Shown one piece after another: positions 9,529 through 19,058 of a DNA stretch of 64,000 nucleotides. The position numbers and the translations under genes are program-made. The notes beneath the pieces were generated by a model. The model did no database searches. It was given only the letters and a program-made list of their open reading frames with translations, and had not been told where the DNA came from. The DNA is taken from contig CAVTJJ010000003.1 of assembly GCA_963735035.1 (NCBI GenBank), forward strand, positions 192,001 through 256,000, given 5' to 3'. Source of the DNA: an uncultured candidate division Zixibacteria bacterium (GTDB taxonomy: Bacteria; Zixibacteria; MSB-5A5; GN15; FEB-12). Position 1 is the stretch's first letter. Each line of letters begins with the position of its first letter.

Positions 9529-12207
9529 TTAGAATGAATACTCCAACCCGGTACGGATAGTCCGCGGCGGGCCGAAGTTCTGTGGGTCATGGTCAAACAG
9601 GTAGTCATACTTGTTGATCGCTTCCTGATCCAGGGACAGATCGGCGCCCTGAACAATGAAATCGTCGTCCGGAAGTCCGCTTCGTGAGTAGACGTCAAGA
9701 ACGTTGCGGCGGTCGAACAGATTGTCCACCTCGACAAACCAGGTCAACTCACGCCCAACTCGCCCAAGCTGGAAATCCTTGTTGAAGCGCATGTCGAGCG
9801 AGTAGGTCGCGGGCAGGCGGTTTTCGTTGCGCTCGCCCAACCGGTTGCCATCGGGGTCCGTCCGACTGTAAGGCAGTCCCGAGCCGAAGTATCCCACGAG
9901 CGAAAGACCCCAGGCCCCAGGTACCGACATACCCAGCCAGTTGCCTCTCCAATCGGCCGGAAGTCGGTAGTCCAGAACGGCCGTAATCGTATGCCTCTGG
10001 TCGAAATCGAGAGCAAATTGAGTCAAGGGCGGCAGAGTGTCGGTATTCGATGTCAGGTAAGTGTAATACGGCTCGCTGGCGTCGGAAGCATTTCCCTTGG
10101 CCATCATGAAGCCGTAAGATATGGAAGCGCTGAAGTACCCGCCCATCGGCAGTTTTTCCAACGACAGATCAAATCCGGTTACCGTACCGTAGTCGCCGTT
10201 CACGTACTTGGTTACCGGACTTGACTGCACCAATCGACCGACCCGACGGGTCGTGACCAGATCCTCTATATCCTTATAGTAGGCTGTCAAATCGAGGCGC
10301 AGGTTGCTCTTGACCATTTGGTCGACACCGATCTCGTAGGCCACTGTCGCCTCTGGCTCGAGGTCCGGGTTGCCCAGGACCGGCAGGCCGGAAGTACGGT
10401 CGCCGTGCAAGTTCTGGTACAGATATCGATACTGCGGCTGTTGATAATAGACACCGTAGTTGGCGTGCATGGCGCTGCGGTCGGAAATGGGGAACGACAC
10501 GCCAAATCGAGGCGAGATTCTGGATTTCGGATCCGCCTGCTTGTAGACCGGATCGGTGGATTCCGGAGTATAATTGTAAGAGATATCGGCGTTTCGATAG
10601 TCGAACCGAAGACCCAGGTTGATAACGAAATCCTTGTGCTCCAGCTTGTTCTCTAAGTAGATCGAAGCATGTCTGGGATTGCTCGTGTATTTCTCACCAT
10701 ACGGTTTAGCGTTGTAGAACTGTTTGCTGTCCCACTTGATCTGATAGGCGCGATACTCGAAGCCGGCTTTCAATTGATTCTGCTTGTTCCACTGAGCCAC
10801 ATAGCTTCCGGACATCGAATTGTATAGCGTTTGCCTGAAGGCATAGGTCGGGTCGAAATCACTCCCCACGGTGAATCCGGATGCCTGCATGGGATCAGTG
10901 AAGTCAGGATTGTTCCAGTAATTGTTGGTTTGAATAGTTCCATTATAGACACCGTTGGCATCAACCGAATAACCCGGCCACCTGTCCCAGTACACGTTTT
11001 GAAGGTGTGGCGGCGTAAGCTTTTTTTGAGTATAGAACTGGTTGAAAGTCAACGACGCAATCGACCAATCATTCAGGGCATAATTGCCGGTCGTTCCGAC
11101 CAGATACGCCTTCTGTTTCCAGACCGGAAGACCGTCCAGATTGAAATCATATGAGACGTTGTTGACATCGCGATGTGAATAGACGGCGCCATCCGACTGA
11201 TTCACCGTAACGTTCGTCTTGAGTTTCAGTCGCGGCAGCGGCTGCATGCTGAACTTGCTGATACCAACGTACGACGTCTGCCAGTTGTGCGGCAGATAAC
11301 CGTCGTCGCGGAGATATTCACCCGCCGAGAAGAAGTTGAAGCGACGGCTGTCCAGGCCGGGAATGGGACCCGAGAATGTACCCGACACGAGACGATTCGT
11401 GACTACCTGGAGGGGCTGCCAAGTGGCGGTGTTGACATCGTAAGGGCGGGTGGCTCCCTGATAAGTCCGAACGCTGCCGTGGTAGTCGGGGCCACCTTCT
11501 TTGGTAACAGCGCTGACCACGCCTGACAGAGCTTCACCGTATTCGGCCGAAAAACCGCCCGAAGTAAGCGAGAGTTCTTCCAGAGCTGTGGGCACGATAC
11601 GCATACCGGACATGGCATAGAACGGATCTTCAATCGAGAAACCGTCGTAGTAATAAGACAACTGTCCGGCGCGACCGCCGCGAATGTGCACCTGGTTGTC
11701 TTTGTCATTGACCACACCCGGATACTTCGTAAGAATACCCTGGACCGTCGTGATGTTTGGCAAGTTGTGAAGTCGCTCCTCGGTGAAAATCATGCGCGAA
11801 GCGGTAAGATCCTTCTGGATCAGGGGCGCTGTCGCGTACACCACGACTTCGTTTGAAAGGGCGGTAGTGGCCTGACTAACCTCGAAATCCACCGGTGTCG
11901 TCAGATCCACCAGAACTCGCACCCGTTTCTTCGCCATTCGTTCGTACCCGACGTGTGTCACGGCGAGATCGAACTCGCCCACCGGGACGTTTATGATGAA
12001 ATATTCCCCGTCTTCGTCGGTCTTCGTCGCCAGATTGGCGGAGACGACCGTTACGGTCGCGCCTTCGACCGGTTTTCCAGACAGGGCATCGACTACAACC
12101 CCCGACACTTTGCCCGTCACTGTTGCGAGAAGTTGACCGGATGTCAGCAGGACTATCAGGAGCAGCGGCGAAACAATTCTTGACGCTAGCCGTTTCTGCA
12201 ACACCAT
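9529..12207 (-). CDS. TonB-dependent receptor with N-terminal carboxypeptidase-regulatory-like domain
   Basis: GKVSGVVVDA...GATVTV...TDEDGEYFIINVPVG; plug HIRGGR, GGFSAEYG..LSGVV; GNPDLEPE; terminal GLEYSF. ATG 12207 chosen because it precedes the signal peptide. Confidence 0.9.
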   Translation of the reverse strand: MVLQKRLASRIVSPLLLIVLLTSGQLLATVTGKVSGVVVDALSGKPVEGATVTVVSANLATKTDEDGEYFIINVPVGEFDLAVTHVGYERMAKKRVRVLVDLTTPVDFEVSQATTALSNEVVVYATAPLIQKDLTASRMIFTEERLHNLPNITTVQGILTKYPGVVNDKDNQVHIRGGRAGQLSYYYDGFSIEDPFYAMSGMRIVPTALEELSLTSGGFSAEYGEALSGVVSAVTKEGGPDYHGSVRTYQGATRPYDVNTATWQPLQVVTNRLVSGTFSGPIPGLDSRRFNFFSAGEYLRDDGYLPHNWQTSYVGISKFSMQPLPRLKLKTNVTVNQSDGAVYSHRDVNNVSYDFNLDGLPVWKQKAYLVGTTGNYALNDWSIASLTFNQFYTQKKLTPPHLQNVYWDRWPGYSVDANGVYNGTIQTNNYWNNPDFTDPMQASGFTVGSDFDPTYAFRQTLYNSMSGSYVAQWNKQNQLKAGFEYRAYQIKWDSKQFYNAKPYGEKYTSNPRHASIYLENKLEHKDFVINLGLRFDYRNADISYNYTPESTDPVYKQADPKSRISPRFGVSFPISDRSAMHANYGVYYQQPQYRYLYQNLHGDRTSGLPVLGNPDLEPEATVAYEIGVDQMVKSNLRLDLTAYYKDIEDLVTTRRVGRLVQSSPVTKYVNGDYGTVTGFDLSLEKLPMGGYFSASISYGFMMAKGNASDASEPYYTYLTSNTDTLPPLTQFALDFDQRHTITAVLDYRLPADWRGNWLGMSVPGAWGLSLVGYFGSGLPYSRTDPDGNRLGERNENRLPATYSLDMRFNKDFQLGRVGRELTWFVEVDNLFDRRNVLDVYSRSGLPDDDFIVQGADLSLDQEAINKYDYLFDHDPQNFGPPRTIRTGLEYSF

Positions 12208-12294
12208 AATGCCACCGTATTGTGTTTGTGTTCTTACTGGATCGGCAAGATGTCTGATGGCGACGTCCCAGTACATTTGTTCATCTCGATTATA

Positions 12295-12321
12295 GTATCG
12301 GACACGGACGAGTATCCTTGA
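12295..12321 (-). promoter_or_regulatory. Sigma-28-like promoter for the TBDR operon
   Basis: Minus strand TCAA-N15-TCCGATAC (FliA consensus TAAA-N15-GCCGATAA). Confidence 0.55.
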
Positions 12322-12374
12322 CCCGGTTTAGCGGCTGAGGCGCTCCTTTTCTCGTCATTTTCCGGGATGAGTGA

Positions 12375-12401
12375 TCAAGTTTGAAGTAGGCCTCCCGATA
12401 A
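12375..12401 (+). promoter_or_regulatory. Sigma-28-like promoter for the binding-protein/kinase operon
   Basis: TCAA-N15-CCCGATAA. Confidence 0.55.
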
Positions 12402-12522
12402 TCAGAAAATAACGGTTGGCCCCCGGGCGGGGTCAGGTCAAGCAATTCTGCCCGGAAGGCAATGGGACCGGGTGTGTTCCGCGGTGAAGAGCGGACTGAA
12501 CGGCCGAGGACGACTTATACTT

Positions 12523-13476
12523 GTGAAGACCGTCGCGTCAAAAATATTCTATTCCGCGCTGACGATTCTAATATTGTCTTTCGGCTGCCGTACGGTGGCC
12601 GCCCAGACGGTTGTGATTCTGTCAACCGACAGCCTTACGGCCACGAATCGAACGGTCAGCGGCGCCCGCTCCGTCATTAAGGAAAGACATGATGCCGCGG
12701 TGATTCACAGCATCCTGCTGAGTGTCGAACCCCAGAAACAGACCATAGAAATTGATAAAGTTCGCGCCCTGAAACCGGATATCATAGTGTCGGTCGGCAG
12801 CGCGGCCACACAGGTTGCGAAAGACAATTTCACCCGCATCCCCATCATATTCTCGGCCGTCAAGTATCCCGTGATTTCCGGATTTGCCGAATCGGTTGAC
12901 CGGCCGGGCGGGAACATGACCGGGGCTTCGCTCGACATCCCGGTTGATATTCAATTCCGATACTTGAGCCAGATCATTCCTAAGCTTAAGCGCGTAGGCG
13001 TACTCTACACTACTAATACATCGAAGCTCATCGCACCGGCCCGGGTTATTGCCGGTAATATGGGTATCGAGCTTGTTGCCATCCAGATTGCGACGCAACG
13101 CGATCTGCCAAGGGCGCTTGATTCTCTGGCCTCGAGCACGCAAGCGTTATGGAGCGTTGCTGATCAAAATCTATTCGATCCACAAACGACCAAGTTTATC
13201 CTGTTGAATTCGCTTCGGATGGGCCTGCCGTTCATGGGTTTCTCACGGCACGTGGTCGAGTCCGGTGCCCTCTTCGCGCTGGACTTTGATTACAAGGCCA
13301 TCGGCCGCCAGGCCGGGCAGATTGCATCGCAGGTACTGGAGGGCGCCACCCCGGGAAACATCCCGATCACTACCCCCGATATCATCTGGTTCCACTATAA
13401 CGAGAACACGGCCAAACGGGTGGGGATAACCGTACCGGCCGAACTGATGGCCATCGCCAAGGAGGTCTACCGATGA
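12523..13476 (+). CDS. ABC_sub_bind-like periplasmic binding protein without adjacent transporter (probable kinase partner)
   Basis: Signal peptide; PDIIVSVGSAAT, PIIFSAV, PGGNMTGAS, KRVGVLY, GALFALDFDYKAIGRQAG. Start (GTG 12523) is uncertain. Confidence 0.8.
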   Translation: MKTVASKIFYSALTILILSFGCRTVAAQTVVILSTDSLTATNRTVSGARSVIKERHDAAVIHSILLSVEPQKQTIEIDKVRALKPDIIVSVGSAATQVAKDNFTRIPIIFSAVKYPVISGFAESVDRPGGNMTGASLDIPVDIQFRYLSQIIPKLKRVGVLYTTNTSKLIAPARVIAGNMGIELVAIQIATQRDLPRALDSLASSTQALWSVADQNLFDPQTTKFILLNSLRMGLPFMGFSRHVVESGALFALDFDYKAIGRQAGQIASQVLEGATPGNIPITTPDIIWFHYNENTAKRVGITVPAELMAIAKEVYR

Positions 13477-15146
13477 CTCTGCGATGGCTGACCACATCCC
13501 TGAACTTGCGGCTCAGGTTCGTTCTTCCGATCTCCGCGATCGTGATCATCTGCATGGCAGTGCTGAGCGGATATCTTATCAACCGCCAGGCCAACAGTTT
13601 CCGACGGGAGCTGCAAACCAACGGCGAGACCATCGTCAAGATTCTGGCGGTGAACGCCGAAAGCGGCGTGGCCTTTGAATCGAACTATGAACTCGACGCC
13701 TTGCTGGAGACGACGCACCGCTTCGCCGCGGTCGAATACTGTCTCATACGCAACCTTGACGGCGTTATCCTGTCGCATCTCGGACAGACTCAAGTAGCGC
13801 CCGAACAGCTACAGATCTTGCGCGAACAAGCCAAAACGGCGGCGCAGCCGGTATCCGACTATTTCACGGACGCCCAGGGCAGCAAGATGCTGGTTTTGAT
13901 CGCTCCGATCACCTACGAACGCAAGGTCATGCATCGGGAATCGCTGGGTATGACCGGTGGTCTGGATGAAAGTCTGACGTCGTCGACCGTGGCCGAGACG
14001 ATCGGCTGGATGGAACTGGGCATGTCCATGGCCAATGTTGACAAGGCCACGACCGAGGCCACCCGGGCGGCCATACTCCTGGCCTTCCTGATTCTGTTGG
14101 TGCTTATACTGGTGGTCGCGTTCATCGTCAGCGCCGTGGTAAAGCCGATCACGAAACTCGCCGAGGCCACCGATCAAATCAGCCGGGGCGATTTCAGTAC
14201 GGTCGTGAATGTCGTTCGCAACGATGAAATTGGCCGACTGGCCGAGACTTTCAATCGCATGACGAAGACTTTGAAACAGTCGCGCGAGGAAATTGAACAG
14301 TACAACCGTACCCTGGAAGAGAAGATTGTCGAGCGCACTCAGCAACTTGAAGATGCCCAGACGCAGTTGATCCAATCCGAAAAAATGAGCGCCATCGGAC
14401 AACTGGCCGCCGGAGTCGCGCACGAACTTAACAACCCGTTAGGCGGCATCCTCGGTTACGCCCAGTTCACGCTGGAGAAACTCCGCAAGAACTCGCCGGA
14501 GAAGACCACACCCAAGGAAATCGAAGCGTATGTCCGCTATGTGGCCGATATCGAGCTCCAGGCCCGGCGCTGCAAGACCATTGTGCAAAATCTGCTCAGG
14601 TTCTCCCGTTCGTCGCGGACGGTGGAATTCGAGGAAGTCAGCATCAACCAGACCCTGGAGCAGACGCTCAGTTTTGTCGAACATCAGCTCCGCATAAGCC
14701 AGATCGAACTGAAAGTGCAGCTGGCTCCCGAACTGCCCACCATTCAGGGCAATGCCGGACAGCTCCAGCAGGTGTTCACGAATCTGATCATCAATTCTAT
14801 GCACGCTTCGACACCGGGCTCGACCATCACCCTTACAACTCGTTACTGCCCGGCGCTCGGACAGTTCGGCGGGACGGTCGAGGTTTCGGTGGCTGACACC
14901 GGCCACGGTATCGCCCGAGAGAATCTCAAGAAAATATTCGAGCCGTTCTTTACCACCAAAGAGGTGGGTAAAGGCACTGGCCTCGGTCTATCAGTCAGTT
15001 ACGGCATTGTCAAAGAACATGGGGGCGAGATTACGGTTGAGTCGGAAGTCGGCCAGGGCTCCACCTTTACGATCATCATACCGGTGCAGAAACCGGAGCC
15101 GACAGCCGATATAGGAGAAAAAGCCGAGACCGAGCGAAAGGCCTAG
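13473..15146 (+). CDS. Membrane sensor histidine kinase (2 TM, HAMP, HisKA, HATPase)
   Basis: [20 protein letters not shown]-box [38 protein letters not shown]. Confidence 0.92.
   Translation: MTLRWLTTSLNLRLRFVLPISAIVIICMAVLSGYLINRQANSFRRELQTNGETIVKILAVNAESGVAFESNYELDALLETTHRFAAVEYCLIRNLDGVILSHLGQTQVAPEQLQILREQAKTAAQPVSDYFTDAQGSKMLVLIAPITYERKVMHRESLGMTGGLDESLTSSTVAETIGWMELGMSMANVDKATTEATRAAILLAFLILLVLILVVAFIVSAVVKPITKLAEATDQISRGDFSTVVNVVRNDEIGRLAETFNRMTKTLKQSREEIEQYNRTLEEKIVERTQQLEDAQTQLIQSEKMSAIGQLAAGVAHELNNPLGGILGYAQFTLEKLRKNSPEKTTPKEIEAYVRYVADIELQARRCKTIVQNLLRFSRSSRTVEFEEVSINQTLEQTLSFVEHQLRISQIELKVQLAPELPTIQGNAGQLQQVFTNLIINSMHASTPGSTITLTTRYCPALGQFGGTVEVSVADTGHGIARENLKKIFEPFFTTKEVGKGTGLGLSVSYGIVKEHGGEITVESEVGQGSTFTIIIPVQKPEPTADIGEKAETERKA
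15086..15112 (+). promoter_or_regulatory. Internal sigma-28-like promoter ahead of the receiver genes
   Basis: GCAG-N15-GCCGATAT, 50 nt before ATG 15163. Confidence 0.4.
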
Positions 15147-15162
15147 CGTCTGAGGACGCCCC

Positions 15163-15549
15163 ATGGGATCGACAGCGAACCAGTCTATTCTGATCGTAGA
15201 CGACGAAGAAATCATCCGAGACTTTCTCTCGGAAGTTCTTGAGGACTACGAAATTTCGCTGGCTTGCGATGGTGATCAGGCGATTGCCAAGTTGAAAGAG
15301 CGATCGTTTGATCTGGTCATTACCGACCTTCGCATGCCGAAAGTACCGGGCCAGGAAGTGGTGCGGGCGGCCCGGGAACTACGCCCCAATACCAAAGTCA
15401 TAGTCATTTCCGGATATTCCAGCCTCCATACCGTCAGTCAATCGGTGACTCACGGAGCCTGTGCGTTTCTATCCAAACCGTTCAGCATCAAGGAATTGAT
15501 GCAGGCGGTCAGCGACGCGCTTGAGAATGCGGGAGGCGTCAATGGGTAG
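15163..15549 (+). CDS. Single-domain response regulator
   Basis: ILIVDDE, ITDLRMP, ISGY, FLSKPF. Confidence 0.9.
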   Translation: MGSTANQSILIVDDEEIIRDFLSEVLEDYEISLACDGDQAIAKLKERSFDLVITDLRMPKVPGQEVVRAARELRPNTKVIVISGYSSLHTVSQSVTHGACAFLSKPFSIKELMQAVSDALENAGGVNG

Positions 15550-15910
15550 AGTATTAATAGTCGATGATTCAGCTGTTATCAGACAGCTCCTGACCGAGTA
15601 TCTGGGTGAGCAGGGTCACCAGGTCGACATCGCCATCGACGGCGTCGAGGGACTGGCCAAGGCCAGAAGCGGCGACTATGACCTGTGCATATGTGACATC
15701 CATCTTCCCAAGAAGAACGGTTATCAATTGCTGACTGAACTGGGAGAAGACCGGCGCGACATGCAGTTTATCTTCACCGATTCGCTGCCCGACGAACTCT
15801 ACGAACAAATACAAAGCGCTACCCGATTTGCCTGCCTTCGCAAACCGTTCGGCCTGGAGCAACTCCGCGACCTGGTAAACAGAGCCATGGAGAAAAGTCG
15901 AGCGGTATGA
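15542..15910 (+). CDS. Single-domain response regulator
   Basis: VLIVDDS, ICDIHLP, LRKPF; ATG overlaps the previous gene's 3' end. Confidence 0.85.
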   Translation: MGRVLIVDDSAVIRQLLTEYLGEQGHQVDIAIDGVEGLAKARSGDYDLCICDIHLPKKNGYQLLTELGEDRRDMQFIFTDSLPDELYEQIQSATRFACLRKPFGLEQLRDLVNRAMEKSRAV

Positions 15911-17592
15911 GCGAAGTCGGCTCAAACGCCTGTCGTATCCTGGCAGTGGACGATGAGGAAATCGTTCAGTCGCTGGTACGTGATGCCCTCGAAGAGGAAG
16001 GCTACCATGTGTCCACGGCCGGAAGCGGCGCCGAAGCCCTGCAGTTGCTTCAGACCCAGCCATTCGATCTTCTGATTACCGACATCCGCATGCCCAATAT
16101 GAGCGGCACCGACTTAGTTGAACGGGCCAGGGCCGTAAATCCCTCTATTGGCATAATCTTCATGACCGGCTATGCGTCGCTAAGTTCGGCCAAGGAGGCC
16201 ATCAAGCGGGGCGCGCTTGACTATGTCATGAAACCGTTCGAGCTGTCTGATATCAGGCAGGCGGTACGCAACGGTATCGATAAACTTCAGGCGGCGGCCG
16301 CGGCGGCGTCACACGAACAGCTCAGTTCCCTCTCGGACCTGAGCAATGTACTGTTTGCGGCTGGTGACCGGAAATCGCTCGTGACTTCATCGCTCCGTTT
16401 CGCCATGATGCACCTCAAGTGCGAGCGGGGATCAATCTTGTTCTATGACCGTGACCGCTCCGTTTACGTGATGATGACCGAGTGGTCGGGTAATTCGTCC
16501 GAGGAAATAATCGGTCGCGAACCATTGCACGAGATGGCCACAGATGGTCGATTGCTGGGCTTCCACGAGCCGGCTCTGGTTTCGGCGCTCGAAGATCACC
16601 CCATCTACCAAGCCAATCCCGATCCCGATTTGCGACGGTTCCTTCTGCCGCCGTGGATGTCGGATCAGGAGCAGTTGATTGCCGTCCCGGTGGTTCGCGC
16701 GACCACCTTTCACGGCATGATGTTGTTGTCACAGAACGAGGATACGGTCAAGCTCAAGCAGACTGATCTGAAATTCATGGCCATTACCGCCAATCAGTTG
16801 GCAATCACGCTTGAAAATCTTTTGCTTCTCGAAGAAGCTCAGCAGGCCTACAGCCGCCTCAAAGAACTGCAGGACCAGACCATCGAACTCGAGAAGATGG
16901 CCACCCGGGGAATGATGTCGGCCGAGATCGGCCACGAGTTGAACAACTTCCTGGGGGTCGTAATCGGCAATGTCGAAATGCTGAACCATCACCTTGGCAA
17001 GGGCAACTATGACAAGCTGGGCAAGTATGTCGATACCGTCTCAAGTACTCTTAATCGGGTGCGGTCATTCGCCGAGAACCTGATGGATCTGCGGTCGATT
17101 TCGTCGCAGGAAGAAAACATCCGCTTTGACAAACTGCTCGTGGAGGTGGTCGAGTATCTCCGGCCACAAAAGCGGTTCCGCGAAGTGGAAGTGATCCTCC
17201 CGGTCAACATCGACCCGGTCACTTTGAAGGCCGACATGACCCAGATGCAGCAGTTGCTGTACAACCTTTTCCGCAACGCCGCCGACGCCACGCTCAACTG
17301 TCCCCGCCGCCAGGTTCGAACCATGATCGAAGTTTTCCCCGAGGCCGGCAAGTTCCGCGTGACCATCGAAGATACCGGCGTGGGTTTCGAACCCGACGCT
17401 CTATCGAAAGCTTTTCGACAGCAGTTCACGACCAAGGAATCGGGCCACGGCATCGGTTTGATGGTATGTCGACGGATCATCGACAAGCATGGTGGCACGC
17501 TTGATGTAGAATCGGCCCCCGGCAAAGGTACCCGGATTGCGATAACTTTCCCGATGGCTGTCGAGGCGCCGGTTCTAGTCCCGGTTGCCTGA
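15907..17592 (+). CDS. Cytoplasmic hybrid kinase: receiver, GAF-like, HisKA, HATPase
   Basis: N-terminal REC (VDDE, TDIRMP, KPF); H-box EIGHELNN; NLFRNAADA, DTGVG, FTTK, GHGIGL. Confidence 0.88.
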   Translation: MSEVGSNACRILAVDDEEIVQSLVRDALEEEGYHVSTAGSGAEALQLLQTQPFDLLITDIRMPNMSGTDLVERARAVNPSIGIIFMTGYASLSSAKEAIKRGALDYVMKPFELSDIRQAVRNGIDKLQAAAAAASHEQLSSLSDLSNVLFAAGDRKSLVTSSLRFAMMHLKCERGSILFYDRDRSVYVMMTEWSGNSSEEIIGREPLHEMATDGRLLGFHEPALVSALEDHPIYQANPDPDLRRFLLPPWMSDQEQLIAVPVVRATTFHGMMLLSQNEDTVKLKQTDLKFMAITANQLAITLENLLLLEEAQQAYSRLKELQDQTIELEKMATRGMMSAEIGHELNNFLGVVIGNVEMLNHHLGKGNYDKLGKYVDTVSSTLNRVRSFAENLMDLRSISSQEENIRFDKLLVEVVEYLRPQKRFREVEVILPVNIDPVTLKADMTQMQQLLYNLFRNAADATLNCPRRQVRTMIEVFPEAGKFRVTIEDTGVGFEPDALSKAFRQQFTTKESGHGIGLMVCRRIIDKHGGTLDVESAPGKGTRIAITFPMAVEAPVLVPVA

Positions 17593-17624
17593 TCGCCCCG
17601 GCCTCTCCCCTATTCACATTAGGC

Positions 17625-18197
17625 TCAGAATTTCCGACTGCCACGCTGAGTGAGCGGCTCACCCTTGGCGCAGAGCGGACACTGGTCGGGCTCCCAACTG
17701 TCGGCGCTGACCGACGCCAGCGGGAAGAAGGGATAATCGAATTTCACCGTGCCCCCGGACCGATCCAGCAGCTCGCCAATCCCTACAATAGTGGCACCAT
17801 ACCCCTTCACCAGTTCGATAACTTCGAACAGCGACTTGCCGGTGGTCAACACATCGTCGACGATTACCACCTTCTGACCCGGTTCGAGCGAGAACCCGCG
17901 CTTGAATACTCGTCCCGTCTCGCCGGATTCGGCGTACAGTGATTCGATACCGAGGTAGCGGGCGACATCGTAGGCAATAATGATCCCGCCGGTGGTCGGC
18001 CCCACCACGGTTTGCGCCCCAAGCAACGCGAGCTTGTCAGCCATTGAACGACAAATCTGAGTCGCCAGAGTGGGATTTTTCAGTAGCGTAAACTTCTCAT
18101 AATAGACATCGGAGTGCCGCCCCGAAGTAAGCTTGAAGTGACCGGTCAGTAGGGCGCCGGAATCCTTGAACAGTTTCAGTATCTCTTGCTGATTCAT
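17625..18197 (-). CDS. pyrE: Orotate phosphoribosyltransferase
   Basis: GHFKLTSGRHSDVY; PRPP motif VVIVDDVLTTGKS; C-terminal CPLC...GSR. Confidence 0.92.
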   Translation of the reverse strand: MNQQEILKLFKDSGALLTGHFKLTSGRHSDVYYEKFTLLKNPTLATQICRSMADKLALLGAQTVVGPTTGGIIIAYDVARYLGIESLYAESGETGRVFKRGFSLEPGQKVVIVDDVLTTGKSLFEVIELVKGYGATIVGIGELLDRSGGTVKFDYPFFPLASVSADSWEPDQCPLCAKGEPLTQRGSRKF

Positions 18198-18568
18198 TTC
18201 TTCTCCGTGCAAATTGCCAGACCGACCGCGTAGCTCCGTTCATGACTGATGGATATATCGATCCGAACATGCGCGAGCTGTCTCGACAGTGCGTCCGGCA
18301 GTCGGATCTCGGGTCGACCGGTCTGGTCGTTCAGAATTTCGAGTTGGGAATACGACGGTCTGACAGACAGGTATTTGCCCAGCGCCTTGATGATCGCTTC
18401 CTTGGCGGCGAACCGTCCGGCCAGAAACGGAGCGCGGTCATGGCGACGGGCAAATATTTCGCGTTCGCCGGGACCGAGAATTCGCCCTGCCAAACGGGTA
18501 CCATATCGGTCCAGAAGCCTCTGGAACCGGGCCACTTCGGCGATGTCTATGCCTATCGAATCAGCCAT
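18194..18568 (-). CDS. acpS: Holo-[acyl-carrier-protein] synthase
   Basis: IGIDIAEVARF, LAGRFAAKEAIIKALG, ISISHE. Confidence 0.92.
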   Translation of the reverse strand: MADSIGIDIAEVARFQRLLDRYGTRLAGRILGPGEREIFARRHDRAPFLAGRFAAKEAIIKALGKYLSVRPSYSQLEILNDQTGRPEIRLPDALSRQLAHVRIDISISHERSYAVGLAICTEKK

Positions 18569-18644
18569 CGGTGATGTTCTATAACCTCTCTGTCTGAGCA
18601 GAACATAGCCAATCGATAAGATGCGGGCAACGGCCAAAAAAGAG

Positions 18645-18674
18645 TTGTTTCGAGTCTCAACAATCGCGTATAAT
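18645..18674 (+). promoter_or_regulatory. Sigma-70 promoter for the ncRNA
   Basis: TTGTTT-N18-TATAAT. Confidence 0.55.
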
Positions 18675-18696
18675 CCCTATAGAATTAGGATTGTTC

Positions 18697-18874
18697 GGAG
18701 AGAGCTGCCATTTGAAAACTTCTAACAATCCACATATGAAGGTCGTCTCTTCGTCGCCGCGTGTACGCCGAGACCCGACCACGTGGCCGGTAGCGAAAAC
18801 AGAATGCGCGAGGTGGCTGTAAAAACCCTTTACCGTAAGGTATGTGGAGGTTTTTCAAATATGTTGCTCTCTCC
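18697..18874 (+). ncRNA. ssrS: Structured ncRNA, probably 6S RNA
   Basis: About 178 nt rod: GGAGAGAGC/GCTCTCTCC, ATTTGAAAAC/GTTTTTCAAAT and TCCACATA/TATGTGGA closing stems, a central bubble, then a GTCGCC-GCGTGT/ATGCGC-GGTGGC apical stem; own promoter and terminator. Confidence 0.6.
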
Positions 18875-18882
18875 TCCAAATT

Positions 18883-18913
18883 GAAAACCACCCTTCGGGG
18901 TGGTTTTTCTTTT
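18883..18913 (+). terminator. Intrinsic terminator of the ncRNA
   Basis: GAAAACCACCC-TTCG-GGGTGGTTTTTCTTTT. Confidence 0.88.
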
Positions 18914-19058
18914 GTGGCTGCCATCCGACGGTCGTCAGTTGCTGCCTTTCCCCGCCAGCTTATTCCTTGACCCCGAGTCGGTTTGCAGGTAATCTTGGAC
19001 AACAAATGAGTGCCGCCCGGTCTTGCTGAGGTGGCGGATTAGGTATAGGAGACTTCTT

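Noticed and set aside
18697..18874. Retron msr-msd, SRP RNA, tmRNA or RNase P
   Set aside because: No adjacent RT, and the signature motifs and lengths of these RNAs are absent.
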